Shown: positions 14,435 through 14,922 of the stretch, piece by piece
Numbering within the stretch: the first letter of the stretch is position 1
Layout: every line of letters begins with the position of its first letter
From: an uncultured archaeon
GTDB lineage: Archaea; Thermoplasmatota; Penumbrarchaeia; JASLWR01
Direction of reading: 5' to 3'
DNA length: 14,922 nt
NCBI GenBank assembly: GCA_964342815.1
Contig: CAYFHS010000030.1
Coordinates: 33,937 to 48,858 of the forward strand
Program-made: the position numbers and the translations under genes
The notes under the pieces: model-generated
What the model was told of the DNA's origin: nothing
Seen by the model: only the letters and a program-made list of their open reading frames with translations
Database searches by the model: none

Positions 14435-14922
14435 CTAGAACCTATGCTTGAAATGATGCACAGTATACGCAATTGCAGCACCGGAGAGACCGATTAGTAT
14501 TACTATGAACACCAGCAGCGGCGGTGATCCTCCAAGAGCGTTAATTACCGAGGAACCTTCTTCGTCCACATCAATGTCCTTATCGAAGTTTTTAACATTG
14601 TTTGTCTCGTCCGTTTCGGCGATATCGTTGTTCGGGTCCACCGCCACCTTGACGTTATGCTCACCCTCGCTAACGGGCCATACGAAGGTAACCAGTTTCT
14701 TGTCGCCCACTACTATGCGCGGCAGGTTCCTTGTGTCTACCTCCTTCTTGTCCACGTACAGCGTGATCTCAACATTCTCAGCAGGCAGTTCACCGATATT
14801 ACCGATGGTTGCCGTGAATGACGCGATCTTGCCGACAGATAGTGCCGTAGATGTGATCTTGCCAATAATGAGCAGGTCAGGCATAATAATCTCTATTGTG
14901 AACTTCAGATTGCTCTCCGCTC
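14435..14922 (-). CDS. C-terminal part of a membrane-anchored surface protein: CARDB domain plus C-terminal TM helix; 5' end lies beyond the window
   Basis: The frame stays open from 14920 (AESNLKFTIEIIMPDL...). PDL...ATIGNIG...AENVEITLYVD...W....GEHNVKVAVDPNNDIAETDETNN is a classic CARDB pattern, followed by the hydrophobic PLLVFIVILIGLSGAAIAY. Confidence 0.92.
   Translation of the reverse strand, partial: AESNLKFTIEIIMPDLLIIGKITSTALSVGKIASFTATIGNIGELPAENVEITLYVDKKEVDTRNLPRIVVGDKKLVTFVWPVSEGEHNVKVAVDPNNDIAETDETNNVKNFDKDIDVDEEGSSVINALGGSPPLLVFIVILIGLSGAAIAYTVHHFKHRF

Overview
This looks like an archaeal window: TATA boxes about 25-35 nt upstream of starts, GGTGA-type Shine-Dalgarno motifs, a tRNA without encoded CCA, and NosD/PKD/CARDB surface proteins. 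A Thermoplasmatota-like origin is my inference only. From left to right: (i) a secreted beta-helix/PKD-repeat protein on the minus strand that runs off the left edge and is missing from the ORF track; (ii) a GxGD intramembrane aspartyl protease whose motifs match eukaryotic presenilin closely and whose large TM6-TM7 loop contains a CxxC-x14-CxxC zinc ribbon; (iii) a 2076-aa type I membrane surface protein with a ~275-aa cytoplasmic tail; (iv) a convergent 4-TM protein with an internal duplication; (v) an MMPL/RND transporter; (vi) a ~1.1-kb mostly non-coding stretch holding two related multi-hairpin elements with compensatory base changes, a 45-aa zinc-ribbon microprotein, a 23-bp tandem array, an AT-rich tract and tRNA-Gly(CCC); (vii) the C-terminus of a CARDB surface protein. 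The two strongest leads are a possible gamma-secretase-like intramembrane proteolysis module (presenilin beside a type I adhesin) and a family of GNA-triloop hairpin elements. No database searches or folding programs were run; all motif comparisons are by eye.
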